Below the pieces are notes generated by a model. That model made no database searches. It saw nothing but the letters and a program-made list of their open reading frames with translations, and was not told the origin of the DNA. Shown here one piece after another: positions 8,785 through 18,161 of a stretch of 64,000 bases of DNA (within the stretch, counting starts at the first letter, position 1; each line of letters opens with the position of its first letter). The translations under genes were made by a program, and so were the position numbers. Source of the stretch: Gammaproteobacteria bacterium (lineage in GTDB: Bacteria; Pseudomonadota; Gammaproteobacteria; Arenicellales; Poriferihabitantaceae); NCBI GenBank assembly GCA_030590945.1, contig JAUVBY010000001.1, positions 167 to 64,166 on the forward strand, written 5' to 3'.

Positions 8785-11244
8785 TCAACCGCGCATTTTT
8801 TCCGCTTTAGGATCGTACATCGCGCTGAGGCTTGCTTTGGCAGGGATACGTTTGCCGGCGACATCGATCTCAAACTGACTGGCATCGATGGCTTTTTTAT
8901 CGATGATGTCTTCACTATAGATATAACCCAGGCCTACCGAGCCCCCCAGGGTATGGCCGTAGTTGCCGGAGGTTAAATGCCCGACCAGTTTTCCGTTCTG
9001 TAAAATCGGTTCATGATGATAAAGCATCGCTTCGGGGTCCTGTAGCAGAAACTGAACCAGGCGTTTTTTCATCCAGCTTTTGCTTTCTTTCTGGGCGGCG
9101 ATGGCCTCGTGGCCGATAAAACCGCCAGCTTTATTCATATCGCAGACGAATCCCAGCCCCGCTTCTAAAGGTGTATCTTCATTGGCGACGTCATGCCCGT
9201 AATGTACGAATTTCTTTTCCATTCGACAGGAATCCAGCGCATGCAGGCCGGCGGGTTTTAGGCCGAATGACTCACCGAATTGCCACAAATAGTCAAAGGC
9301 ATGACGCGCCTGATCAACTGGAATATATAACTCCCATCCCAGTTCTCCAACAAAGGAAACGCGAAACGCACGACCGATGGCCGCGCCGACTTCCACATCC
9401 TGCCAGCTGCCGAATGGGAACGCCTCACTGGATAAATCAAGTTTTAAAACTTCGCTTAGTAATTTACGGCTGTGAGGCCCCATCACGCCAAACACCGCCC
9501 AGCTGTTGGTAATGTCGCTTACGAAACAATGCGCTTCATCAGGAATATGTTGCTGTAACCAATGCAAATCTTTGTGCGTCGTGGCCGTTCCACTAACTAC
9601 CCAGAATTGTGTCGGGGAAATTCGCGTCACTGTCAAGTCCGCCTCAATGCCGCCGTTTTCATTTAACCAGTGGGTGTACACTATTTTCCCCGGTGGTACG
9701 TCGATGTTCGCACTGCTGATACGTTGCAGACAGGCGCAGGCGTCGCGCCCTTCCACCTGGTATTTGGAAAAACCACTTTGATCAAACAAAACCACATTTT
9801 CGCGTGCCGCCCGGTGTTCATCAGCTGAATACTCAAACCAGTTCTGCTTGCCAAAGCTGTATTTGTAAACGGGCTCTATGCCTTCGGGGGCAAACCAGTT
9901 GGGCCGCTCCCAGCCCGCGGTTTCGCCAAAACAGGCATTTAGCGATTCCAGGCGTTCATGTATAGGAGAGTGGCGCACGTTGCGGGCGCTTTCATACTGA
10001 CGGAAAGGATAGTGGCGCGCATACAGCAGGCCCAGGGTCTCGCTGACCCGGTCCTGCAGGTAATGCTGTGTATTTTGCACAGGAAACATGCGGCGAATAT
10101 CGTTTCCCCACAAATCCATGGTGGCCTGACCGTGTTCCATCCATTCAGCCAACGCCAATCCCAGCCCGCCGGAGGTTTGAATGCCAACAGAATTCAGGCC
10201 GCAGGCTACGTAGAAATTCTTCAGTTCGGGGGCCTCGCCCACATGAAACTGATCGTCCGGTGTGAAGCTTTCCGGGCCACAAAAAAAGGTGCGCCAGCCC
10301 GCTTCCTGCAGCATTGGAACGCGCTGCATCGCATCTTCCAGTATGGGCATGAGTTGTTCTTCCATGTGGCCTTCGAGTTCATCGAAACAAAAATCTTCGG
10401 GAATGCCGTTTTGCCCCCAGGGAATCGCTTTTTGCTCGAAAGCGCCGACCATAATACTACCCGCATCTTCGCGATAGTAGGCGCATTTATCATGGTCTCG
10501 CAATACCGGCAGGGTCTCTGGTAGCCCCGGTAGCTTTTCGGTTACCGCATAATAGTGTTCGCAGGCATGCAGTGGGACCTTGACACCCGCCATTTGCCCT
10601 ATTTTTCGTCCCCACAGGCCACCACAGTTAACGACGAAATCAGCCTGAATATCGCCCTGGTCAGTCTCTACACCCGTGACTTTGCCCGCCTTGGTCTGGA
10701 TTCCCGTGACGTTGATACCCTCAATACATTTGGCGCCGCGCAGGCGCGCGCCTTTCATAAATGCCATCGTGGTGTCTATGGGGCTGGCGGTGCCGTCCTG
10801 TGCGACCCAGCTGGCGCCCAGCAAATCCTCCGTGCTTAGATAGGGGTAGCGTTCTTTGGCTTCCTGCGGGCTGATAATATCAACCTGTGTCACACCAAAG
10901 GCGTTGTTCATGGCCGCGACGCGCTTTAATTCTTCAAATCGATCCTGAGAATGCGCAATACTGAGCGATCCGACCTGCCTGAATCCGGTGGATTGGCCTG
11001 TTTCCTTTTCCAGTTCCGGCAACAGAGACATGGAATACTCACACAGGCGGGCATGGGTTTCATTGGCACGCATGGTGCCGACCAGGCCGGCAGCGTGCCA
11101 GGTGGTGCCGCAGCTAAATTGCTTACGCTCAAGCAGAACCACATCCTGCCAGCCCTGTTTTGCCAGATGATAAGCGACGCTGGCACCGATAACGCCACCG
11201 CCGATGATTACGGCCGAAGCCCGGGAAGGAAGGCTGGAAGTCAT
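8785..11244 (-). CDS. FAD-dependent oxidoreductase fused to a GcvT-like folate-binding domain (dimethylglycine/sarcosine dehydrogenase family)
   Basis: 819 aa. The N-terminal dinucleotide fold is VIIGGGVIGASVAYHLA and the flavinylation-type motif is TTWHAAG. The C-terminal half is aminomethyltransferase-like (FVGELGWELY). Confidence 0.85.
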   Translation of the reverse strand: MTSSLPSRASAVIIGGGVIGASVAYHLAKQGWQDVVLLERKQFSCGTTWHAAGLVGTMRANETHARLCEYSMSLLPELEKETGQSTGFRQVGSLSIAHSQDRFEELKRVAAMNNAFGVTQVDIISPQEAKERYPYLSTEDLLGASWVAQDGTASPIDTTMAFMKGARLRGAKCIEGINVTGIQTKAGKVTGVETDQGDIQADFVVNCGGLWGRKIGQMAGVKVPLHACEHYYAVTEKLPGLPETLPVLRDHDKCAYYREDAGSIMVGAFEQKAIPWGQNGIPEDFCFDELEGHMEEQLMPILEDAMQRVPMLQEAGWRTFFCGPESFTPDDQFHVGEAPELKNFYVACGLNSVGIQTSGGLGLALAEWMEHGQATMDLWGNDIRRMFPVQNTQHYLQDRVSETLGLLYARHYPFRQYESARNVRHSPIHERLESLNACFGETAGWERPNWFAPEGIEPVYKYSFGKQNWFEYSADEHRAARENVVLFDQSGFSKYQVEGRDACACLQRISSANIDVPPGKIVYTHWLNENGGIEADLTVTRISPTQFWVVSGTATTHKDLHWLQQHIPDEAHCFVSDITNSWAVFGVMGPHSRKLLSEVLKLDLSSEAFPFGSWQDVEVGAAIGRAFRVSFVGELGWELYIPVDQARHAFDYLWQFGESFGLKPAGLHALDSCRMEKKFVHYGHDVANEDTPLEAGLGFVCDMNKAGGFIGHEAIAAQKESKSWMKKRLVQFLLQDPEAMLYHHEPILQNGKLVGHLTSGNYGHTLGGSVGLGYIYSEDIIDKKAIDASQFEIDVAGKRIPAKASLSAMYDPKAEKMRG

Positions 11245-11544
11245 TATTTCTCCTGATGGTTGGAGGTTACTGAGTGCATGAATAATAGGCTAAAGCCTGG
11301 TTGAATCAAAGTAATGCCAAATTGGTTTTGTCAATACTAGCTATTTGTTTCAGATCAATATGGATTTTTCCCGACTGTGGGAAGCATCCTCGATGGCATG
11401 GTGGTTCTGGATATCTACCCATCTGGCGTTATAAATAGCCATGCGCTGGTACTATATAAACACGCGCTGAATTCCTACATTCAACCCTCGCAGAGTGCGC
11501 TTATTTTAACTGCCATAATCGAGGCAAAACCCGGAGATAAAGAG

Positions 11545-12663
11545 ATGTTGATCGGTGTCCCTAAAGAAATTAAGAATCACGAATATCGTGTTGGTATGAC
11601 CCCCGCCAGTGTGCGCGAAATGGTACATCATGGCCACGATGTGCTGGTGGAAACCAATGCTGGAGTAGGTATTGGTGCCAGTGATGATGATTATCATCAG
11701 GCAGGGGCCACGATTATTGCTACGCCCGAAGAAATTTTCGCTAAGGCCGGGATGATCATTAAGGTAAAAGAGCCGCAGGCGGTAGAGCGTGCAATGTTGC
11801 GTGAAGATCAAATTTTGTACACCTATTTACACCTTGCCCCGGACCCTGAGCAAACCAAAGATTTGGTGGACAGCGGCGCGGTTTGTGTTGCTTACGAGAC
11901 GGTGACTTCACCGCATGGTGGTTTGCCATTGTTAGCGCCGATGTCCAAAGTGGCCGGGCGGTTGGCCGTGCAGGCGGGAGCGCATTGCCTGGAGCAACCC
12001 AATGGCGGTCTGGGCATGCTAATCGGTGGAGTGCCGGGTGTGGCTCCCGCAAAAGTGACCATCATCGGTGGTGGTGTGGTGGGAACCCATGCTGCGCAGA
12101 TCGCGGTTGGTATGGGCGCTGACGTTTGGGTGCTGGATCGTAATCCGGAAGTGCTCGAAGCACACTGGCGACAGTTTGGCCGTGCAACCAATGCGGTATA
12201 TTCAACCCAGGATGCACTTGAAGAACATGTAACCAGCTCAGAGCTGGTGATCGGTGGTGTGCTGGTTCCGGGTGCTGAAGCACCCAAACTGGTAACCCGT
12301 GAAATGCTCACGCGCATGCAAAAAGGTTCTGTCATTGTCGATGTCGCAATCGATCAGGGTGGTTGTTTTGAAACTTCGCACGCTACCACACATGCAGACC
12401 CAACCTATGTAGTGGAAGATGTAGTGCACTATTGCGTGGCGAATATGCCGGGCGCGGTGCCTAAAACATCAACCTATGCGCTGAACAATGTAACCCTGCC
12501 TCATGCTTTGGCGCTGGCAGATAAGGGTTATAAGCAGGCGTTGGCGGATGATGTGCATCTTAGAGCCGGGCTCAACGTGATCCACGGCAAGGTGGTTTAT
12601 GAGCAGGTCGCACACGACCTGGGTTATGATTTTGTACCGGCTGAGACAGCGTTGGGGATTTAG
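11545..12663 (+). CDS. ald: Alanine dehydrogenase
   Basis: Starting at the ATG at 11545 (GGAGA 8 nt upstream) gives 372 aa beginning MLIGVPKEIKNHEYRVGMTP, with the NAD fold IIGGGVVGTHAA. The tracked ORF start at 11377 (GTG) adds 56 residues that look non-homologous. Confidence 0.92.
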   Translation: MLIGVPKEIKNHEYRVGMTPASVREMVHHGHDVLVETNAGVGIGASDDDYHQAGATIIATPEEIFAKAGMIIKVKEPQAVERAMLREDQILYTYLHLAPDPEQTKDLVDSGAVCVAYETVTSPHGGLPLLAPMSKVAGRLAVQAGAHCLEQPNGGLGMLIGGVPGVAPAKVTIIGGGVVGTHAAQIAVGMGADVWVLDRNPEVLEAHWRQFGRATNAVYSTQDALEEHVTSSELVIGGVLVPGAEAPKLVTREMLTRMQKGSVIVDVAIDQGGCFETSHATTHADPTYVVEDVVHYCVANMPGAVPKTSTYALNNVTLPHALALADKGYKQALADDVHLRAGLNVIHGKVVYEQVAHDLGYDFVPAETALGI

Positions 12664-12715
12664 GAATACTTCTGGCTTAACATGGATTGTTCGAAATGGC
12701 TAAACCCGAAAGGTG

Positions 12716-13483
12716 CTAGCGTATTTCTCGTTTATAGCTAAACAGGTCCGCACGGCCCTTGGTTGTGCGGACTTCTACAATTTTCTCGTTGACGGTGTAA
12801 GTTGAGCGATTCAGGACAACCACCGGCGTGCGAGGTTCTATATCCAGTTTGTTGGCCGTAATCTCATCACAGGCTTCTGCGGTGAGCGTTTCTTCTGCGC
12901 GAACAATCGGGATATCGTATTGATCAACGATTAATGCATAGAATAAATCAGGGATGTGGGTCTCTTCTTTTTCCAGACCCGGTACGAGTTCGGCTATCCA
13001 CCACGAATATTCTATAAATGTGGGTAGTTGTTGAGTGTATCCAATGCGCTCGATGTAAAGTAATTCGGTTCCTTCTTCGACTTCCAGTCGATGATAAATT
13101 TCTACTGGTGCCGTTCCAAGTCGTCGATCTGTGGTGACTTTACGGATCCTGACGTCTTCACCCTTTTCGTTCCCATAGGAAAAGAATCGAAACAAACTAT
13201 TATTAAAATCGATGCGTGATACGAATGTCCCTTTGCCCTGGTGGCGAAATAACAGGCCTTGCCATGCCAGGTTGTCGATTGCTTTTTTCACCGTGCCCTG
13301 GCTGACATTCAGCTCCTTTGAAAGGCGTGGTTCAGAAGGAATCAGATCGCCTGGCACGAGCTTGCCGCGCGTTATTAAATCACGAATATAATTTTCCACG
13401 CGCAAATATAACGGTTCCGTGCGGCGTTGACGAATGTTGCCGGAATTGAGGTAGCGCTCTGTTTCGAGTGGGTTTAATGACAT
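12716..13483 (-). CDS. GntR-family (HutC/UTRA-type) transcriptional regulator
   Basis: 255 aa. It has an N-terminal wHTH (PSEPRLSKELNVSQGTVKKAIDNLAWQGLL) and a C-terminal UTRA-like effector domain. It is divergent from the tct-xsc cluster. Confidence 0.85.
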   Translation of the reverse strand: MSLNPLETERYLNSGNIRQRRTEPLYLRVENYIRDLITRGKLVPGDLIPSEPRLSKELNVSQGTVKKAIDNLAWQGLLFRHQGKGTFVSRIDFNNSLFRFFSYGNEKGEDVRIRKVTTDRRLGTAPVEIYHRLEVEEGTELLYIERIGYTQQLPTFIEYSWWIAELVPGLEKEETHIPDLFYALIVDQYDIPIVRAEETLTAEACDEITANKLDIEPRTPVVVLNRSTYTVNEKIVEVRTTKGRADLFSYKREIR

Positions 13484-13502
13484 CGTTGTCCTGATTTTTG
13501 TG

Positions 13503-13531
13503 TTGACAGGCGTATTATACTGAATTATGAT
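13503..13531 (+). promoter_or_regulatory. Sigma70-type promoter for the tctA operon
   Basis: TTGACA (13503-13508), a 17-nt spacer, then TATGAT (13526-13531). A perfect 16-bp palindrome ACTCATATATATGAGT (13539-13554) lies immediately downstream and is a candidate operator. Confidence 0.55.
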
Positions 13532-13632
13532 TCGGTTTACTCATATATATGAGTTATATGATGTATCGCATATACGCGTATTATTTTTATCTTAAAGTGG
13601 CAGCAAACACTATATTGAATGAGATGTTGTAA

Positions 13633-15138
13633 TTGGATTTCCTGAACTACTTTGGCAACGTTTTTACGGTCTATCACATATCATTGTTGATAGGGGGTAC
13701 CTTTGCGGGGTTGGTTCTGGGAGCCTTGCCTGGCCTGAGCCCGACCATGGCCGTGGCTTTGATGATCCCCTTTACGTTTCACATGGAGCCAGCAGCAGGC
13801 CTGATTTTGCTGGGTGCTATGTACACCGCAACGGTTGCCGGAGGGGCGATTAGCGCAATCCTGGTTAATGTGCCTGGAGCACCGGCAAATATTGCGACCG
13901 CAATGGATGGTCACCAGCTTGCGAAACAGGGCCGTGCTGCCGAAGCGTTATATTATTGTTTTACGAGTTCTTTCATTGGGGGTGTGCTCGGAATATTTGT
14001 CCTCATATTTTTCACCCCTCCTTTAGCCGATCTGGCGCTTAAATTTGGCCCCACTGAATTATTCTGGATCGCTATCCTGGGTATTACCATCATAGGCACC
14101 ATAGGCAGCAGGTCTGTCATTAAAGGCTTGTTGTCGGGTCTGTTTGGCATTGCGTTGTCAACGATTGGGGCGAATCCGATGCTTGGTGAAGATCGTTTTG
14201 TATATAGTGAACACCTCGAGAGTGGTATTCATATCGTAGCAGCGCTTATAGGCCTGTTTGCGGTTCCTCAAATACTGACGCTAATTGAGGAGGCACGTAA
14301 AGACAAAAATACCTCTGTTCATGCGCTCGGAGAGTCAAAACTAGTTCGAAGCGTGGTTTATAACCTAAAGCGCTTCAAGGCTCTTACCATTGGTTCCCTG
14401 GTAGGCATTATTGTAGGAATAATTCCCGGAGCGGGGGGGCAAATCGCAGGGCTGGTAGCCTATGACCAGGCCAGAAAACTGAGCCGTAATCCTGAAAACT
14501 TCGGCAAAGGCGAACCCGATGGGGTCATCGCTGCAGAATCGGCGAATAATGCGATGGTTGGCCCCTCTTTGGTCCCATTGTTAACTTTGAGCATCCCCGG
14601 CAGCCCGACGGCGGCTGTATTATTGGGAGGGTTATTGATTCATGGCCTGTTTCCCGGGCCAGATTTATTCACCATCCATGCGGAAGTTACCTGGACGTTT
14701 ATTGATTCCCTGCTTGTGGCGCAAGTATTCATGCTGGTTATCGGGCTGATTTTGAGTCGCCACAGTGGCTGGATAATGAAAATACCCGGCCACTATATGG
14801 CAGCCACAATTTTTATACTCGCGGCATTTGGGACCTACAGTATTCAATCAAGCTACTCAGATGTGGTGGTGATGGCTACGCTGGGGGTGTTTATGTACTT
14901 TGCAGCCAAACTAGGATTTAGTCCGGCTCCTGTAGTTCTGGGCATAATTCTTGGTCCCATTGCCGAAGACAATTTTCTTCAGGGCAAGCTGATTGGTGAG
15001 AGTGGCGATGGTGTCTTTAGTTATTTTACGTCAGGCATGCTTAATATCACGATGATTATTTTGTGTGCTGCTTCTATTGCTTACAGCGTCTATACGGAAA
15101 CAAAGGCGCGTAAGATGCGAGCTTCGTTGATAAAATGA
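13633..15138 (+). CDS. tctA: Tripartite tricarboxylate transporter (TTT) large permease
   Basis: 501 aa polytopic membrane protein with a TTG start. TctA-like motifs are present (GALPGLSPT, IPGAGG). It is followed by small-subunit and Bug/TctC genes. Confidence 0.85.
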   Translation: MDFLNYFGNVFTVYHISLLIGGTFAGLVLGALPGLSPTMAVALMIPFTFHMEPAAGLILLGAMYTATVAGGAISAILVNVPGAPANIATAMDGHQLAKQGRAAEALYYCFTSSFIGGVLGIFVLIFFTPPLADLALKFGPTELFWIAILGITIIGTIGSRSVIKGLLSGLFGIALSTIGANPMLGEDRFVYSEHLESGIHIVAALIGLFAVPQILTLIEEARKDKNTSVHALGESKLVRSVVYNLKRFKALTIGSLVGIIVGIIPGAGGQIAGLVAYDQARKLSRNPENFGKGEPDGVIAAESANNAMVGPSLVPLLTLSIPGSPTAAVLLGGLLIHGLFPGPDLFTIHAEVTWTFIDSLLVAQVFMLVIGLILSRHSGWIMKIPGHYMAATIFILAAFGTYSIQSSYSDVVVMATLGVFMYFAAKLGFSPAPVVLGIILGPIAEDNFLQGKLIGESGDGVFSYFTSGMLNITMIILCAASIAYSVYTETKARKMRASLIK

Positions 15139-15596
15139 AAACATTTATATCAAGGGAGCGCCTGGCCGCTATTTATGCGCTTGTTGTCGGGCTTATATTA
15201 TTAGTCGCCTCATTTTACGGAACCGACCCTGAGGTCTATTTGTTTCCACGCATTACTGCGGCTTTTATAGCCGTGCTCGCCCTAATTCTCAGTTATGACG
15301 CTTTCACGCACGGTGGTGCTGGAGATAAACAGGAGCCCGCGCTGGTGGAATGGAAGGTCTTGTTGCCCGGCCTCGCTGTTGGCGCCATTTACGTGTTATT
15401 ACTTGAACGAGTAGGTTTTTACACCTGTTCGTTTTTTGCGTTTTTTGCGATTTGCATGATTTACGGAAAACGTAGTTTGTTTGATCCACAGGCATTTGCT
15501 TTAAAGCTAGTGGTCACAGTTGTTACCATGATTGTACTGTACGTACTGTTCTGGAAACTTCTAAACGTGCGCACGCCAACGGGTATTTTATTTTAG
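15135..15596 (+). CDS. tctB: TTT small membrane subunit
   Basis: 153 aa with four hydrophobic segments. It overlaps the tctA stop by 4 nt (ATGA). Confidence 0.75.
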   Translation: MKTFISRERLAAIYALVVGLILLVASFYGTDPEVYLFPRITAAFIAVLALILSYDAFTHGGAGDKQEPALVEWKVLLPGLAVGAIYVLLLERVGFYTCSFFAFFAICMIYGKRSLFDPQAFALKLVVTVVTMIVLYVLFWKLLNVRTPTGILF

Positions 15597-15654
15597 TGAT
15601 GCTGGGTCTACCCATAGGCTTTATTTTATAACCACAATACAGAGGAGAAAACCA

Positions 15655-16650
15655 ATGAGTCTACTAACTCAAAAATTTACTAAAGCTGGAATTACCATCG
15701 GAACCGGGCTATTGATGCTAGGCGTTTCGGTCGCCAATGCGGAGAGCTATCCGGACAGACCAATCGGCGTTATGGTGGCCTATAATCCAGGTGGAGCGAC
15801 CGATTTCCAGGCGCGCATTGCAACCCTGGCGTCCGCCAAGTTAGATAAAGACGAGAAGCCGATTTCCGTCGGCCAGCCAATCTATGTGACGAATAAACCA
15901 GGTGCGGGAGGACGCAAAGGCTGGAACTGGTTTGCATCAAAGGCGCCTCAAGATGGCTATATGCTGGCAGCCTATAATGTGCCGCATTTTATTGCCCAGT
16001 CAATTGTGTTTGATACCAAGTACAGTGTAGACAATCTTGAGCCAGTAGGTAATTGGGGTGCAGATCCGGCGGTATTGATTGTGGGTAAAGATAGCCAGTT
16101 CAATAGTGCAACCGAGTTGGTTGAATTCGCTAAAGCGAACCCTGATAAAGTAACAGTAAGCGGGGCGGGTAAATTTGTCGGTCATCATATTGCCTTCCTT
16201 CAACTTGAAAAAGCAGCTGGAATCGACCTCAAGTACGTTCCTGGAAAGGGAGGGGTTGGAGCAATGAAGCTCGTAAAAGGAGGTCAGGTCAAGGCAGGTT
16301 TTAACAATTTGTCCGACGCCGCACGAACAGCGGGTGATATAAAAATCCTGGCGGTGGCAGACCTGGAGCGACATGCTTTTCTTCCAGACGTGCCGACGCT
16401 CAAGGAATTGGGAATTGATGTCGATAATTCGAGTGTAAATTTTCGTGGCTTGATGGTTCCTAAGGGAACGCCTCAGGCTGTGATCGATCATCTTGCTACG
16501 ACAGTCCCGATTATGTTTAACGACAAAAAGACCCTGGGTAAAATGAAGCAAACCAACTCGCCCGTACACATCATGAACCGCGATGAAGTCCTCAAGATGT
16601 GGGCAGAGCGTCAAGCTGCGTTAACCGAGTTGCTGGCTGAATTGAAGTAG
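15655..16650 (+). CDS. tctC: TTT periplasmic substrate-binding protein (Bug/TctC family)
   Basis: 331 aa with a signal peptide (..VSVANA|ES) and the motif YPDRPIGVMVAYNPGGATD, typical of Bug-family receptors. Confidence 0.85.
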   Translation: MSLLTQKFTKAGITIGTGLLMLGVSVANAESYPDRPIGVMVAYNPGGATDFQARIATLASAKLDKDEKPISVGQPIYVTNKPGAGGRKGWNWFASKAPQDGYMLAAYNVPHFIAQSIVFDTKYSVDNLEPVGNWGADPAVLIVGKDSQFNSATELVEFAKANPDKVTVSGAGKFVGHHIAFLQLEKAAGIDLKYVPGKGGVGAMKLVKGGQVKAGFNNLSDAARTAGDIKILAVADLERHAFLPDVPTLKELGIDVDNSSVNFRGLMVPKGTPQAVIDHLATTVPIMFNDKKTLGKMKQTNSPVHIMNRDEVLKMWAERQAALTELLAELK

Positions 16651-16685
16651 AACTAAGCCCGGAACCTAACCTCCTTCAGTGCCTG

Positions 16686-18161
16686 GTGTACCAATCGGTG
16701 CGCCAGGCTGATCTCTCCTTATTGACCTGTATGGATCGCCTTATGCAAAGATCAACGATAGACGCGGTGAATGAAGTCGTTGCACGCGCGCGTACTGCAC
16801 AAAAGCATTACGCTGAATATACGCAGGTACAGGTAGATGAGGTAGTAACGGCATTAGGCTGGAGCATTATCAATCCTGATAATAATACTGCGCTAGCCAA
16901 AATGGCAGTAGAGGACACCGGGCTTGGGAATGTCAAAGATAAAATCACTAAAAACCATCGTAAAACGCTGGGGCTATTAAGAGATTTAAAAGGAGCGAAG
17001 TCAGTAGGTATTATCGCTGAGTATCCTGACCGCGGGCTCATCGAGATCGCACGCCCGGTGGGCGTAGTTGGCGCCATCGTGCCGTCAACGAACCCCGCTG
17101 CAACGCCAGCCAATAAGGCCATCAATGCACTCAAGGGCCGTAATGCGATCATCCTTGCGCCTTCTCCGAAGGGAGCAAACAGCTGTAGTCAGCTGGTTAA
17201 GTTGATGCAAGCGGAGCTGGAGCGCGTTGGCGCACCACCGGAATTGGTGCAGCGATTGCCATCACCTATTTCAAAGGAAGCGACGCAAGCAATGATGCAG
17301 GAAGTTGATCTGGTTGTTGCAACCGGCTCACAAAATAATGTGCGTGCGGCCTATGCCAGCGGCACACCCGCCATTGGGGTTGGTGCGGGAAATGTTGTCT
17401 CCATCGTAGACGAAAGCGCGGATATTAATTCGGCGGCAGAGAAGATTGTTATTTCCAAATCTTTCGATAATGCGACCAGTTGTTCTTCTGAGAACAACCT
17501 GATTATTGTTGATGCGGTTTATGATCTAACCATGCGGGCTCTGGCTGATAATGGAGCGGTGCTATTGAGTGACGAGGATCGCCAGCGCCTGCGCGATATG
17601 CTCTGGCAAGAAGGTAAGTTGAATCAGGATCTGATCGCCAAAAAGGCGCATCAAATGGCCGAGCTAAGTGGATTAAAGACCGCGGGGTTGTCCTCTGCAC
17701 GCATACTGCTGGTAGGAGCAACAGGTGTGGGGCCGGAACATCCATTTTCCGGAGAGAAATTGTCACCCGTTTTGACAGTTTATCGCGTGAAAGATTTTAA
17801 TGCCGCGACCAAAACAGCAAACAGGATCATGGACTATCAGGGTAAAGGGCACTCGATCAGTATCCATACTTCTCTGGATGAAAGAGCCTTGTACCTGGGG
17901 CTGAATCTGCCAATTTGCCGTGTCATCGTCAACCAGATCCATTGTTATGCAACGGGCGGTAGTTTTGATAACGGCCTGCCTTTTTCCTTGTCGATGGGTT
18001 GTGGAACCTGGGGCAAGAACAATATTTCCGAAAATCTAAACTATCGACACTATTTGAACACGACGCGCATCGTGCGTGAAATAAAACCACAAAAACCGTC
18101 ATTGGCGGAGATATTTGGTGCGTACTGGGAAGCGCACGCCATAGAACCGGTTATCGATTGA
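16686..18161 (+). CDS. CoA-acylating aldehyde dehydrogenase (AdhE-N/EutE-type ALDH); SauS-like candidate sulfoacetaldehyde dehydrogenase
   Basis: 491 aa. AdhE-type ALDH motifs are present (AVEDTGLGNVKDKITKNH; catalytic region SFDNATSCSSENNLI). The start is ambiguous: GTG at 16686 or ATG at 16731. The SauS assignment is inferred from context with the CoA ligase and xsc. Confidence 0.75.
   Translation: MYQSVRQADLSLLTCMDRLMQRSTIDAVNEVVARARTAQKHYAEYTQVQVDEVVTALGWSIINPDNNTALAKMAVEDTGLGNVKDKITKNHRKTLGLLRDLKGAKSVGIIAEYPDRGLIEIARPVGVVGAIVPSTNPAATPANKAINALKGRNAIILAPSPKGANSCSQLVKLMQAELERVGAPPELVQRLPSPISKEATQAMMQEVDLVVATGSQNNVRAAYASGTPAIGVGAGNVVSIVDESADINSAAEKIVISKSFDNATSCSSENNLIIVDAVYDLTMRALADNGAVLLSDEDRQRLRDMLWQEGKLNQDLIAKKAHQMAELSGLKTAGLSSARILLVGATGVGPEHPFSGEKLSPVLTVYRVKDFNAATKTANRIMDYQGKGHSISIHTSLDERALYLGLNLPICRVIVNQIHCYATGGSFDNGLPFSLSMGCGTWGKNNISENLNYRHYLNTTRIVREIKPQKPSLAEIFGAYWEAHAIEPVID

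Noticed and set aside
9958-10524. Long antisense or out-of-frame ORFs inside clear genes. Examples: 9958-10524, 16000-16614, 20554-21111, 27375-27983, 34164-34495, 48179-48745, 51231-51858.
   Set aside because: They lie wholly within strongly supported genes on the opposite strand or in another frame. They have low-complexity or Arg/Pro/Ser-rich composition typical of shadow ORFs and carry no recognisable motifs.
11377-11544. N-terminal extensions in the ORF track: ald (11377), xsc (19924), LysR (44651), DoxX (44678), the glycine-zipper protein (23603) and the small His-rich ORF (45956).
   Set aside because: In each case an internal ATG with a good SD begins exactly where family-typical sequence starts. 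The upstream residues look non-homologous or overlap neighbouring genes.
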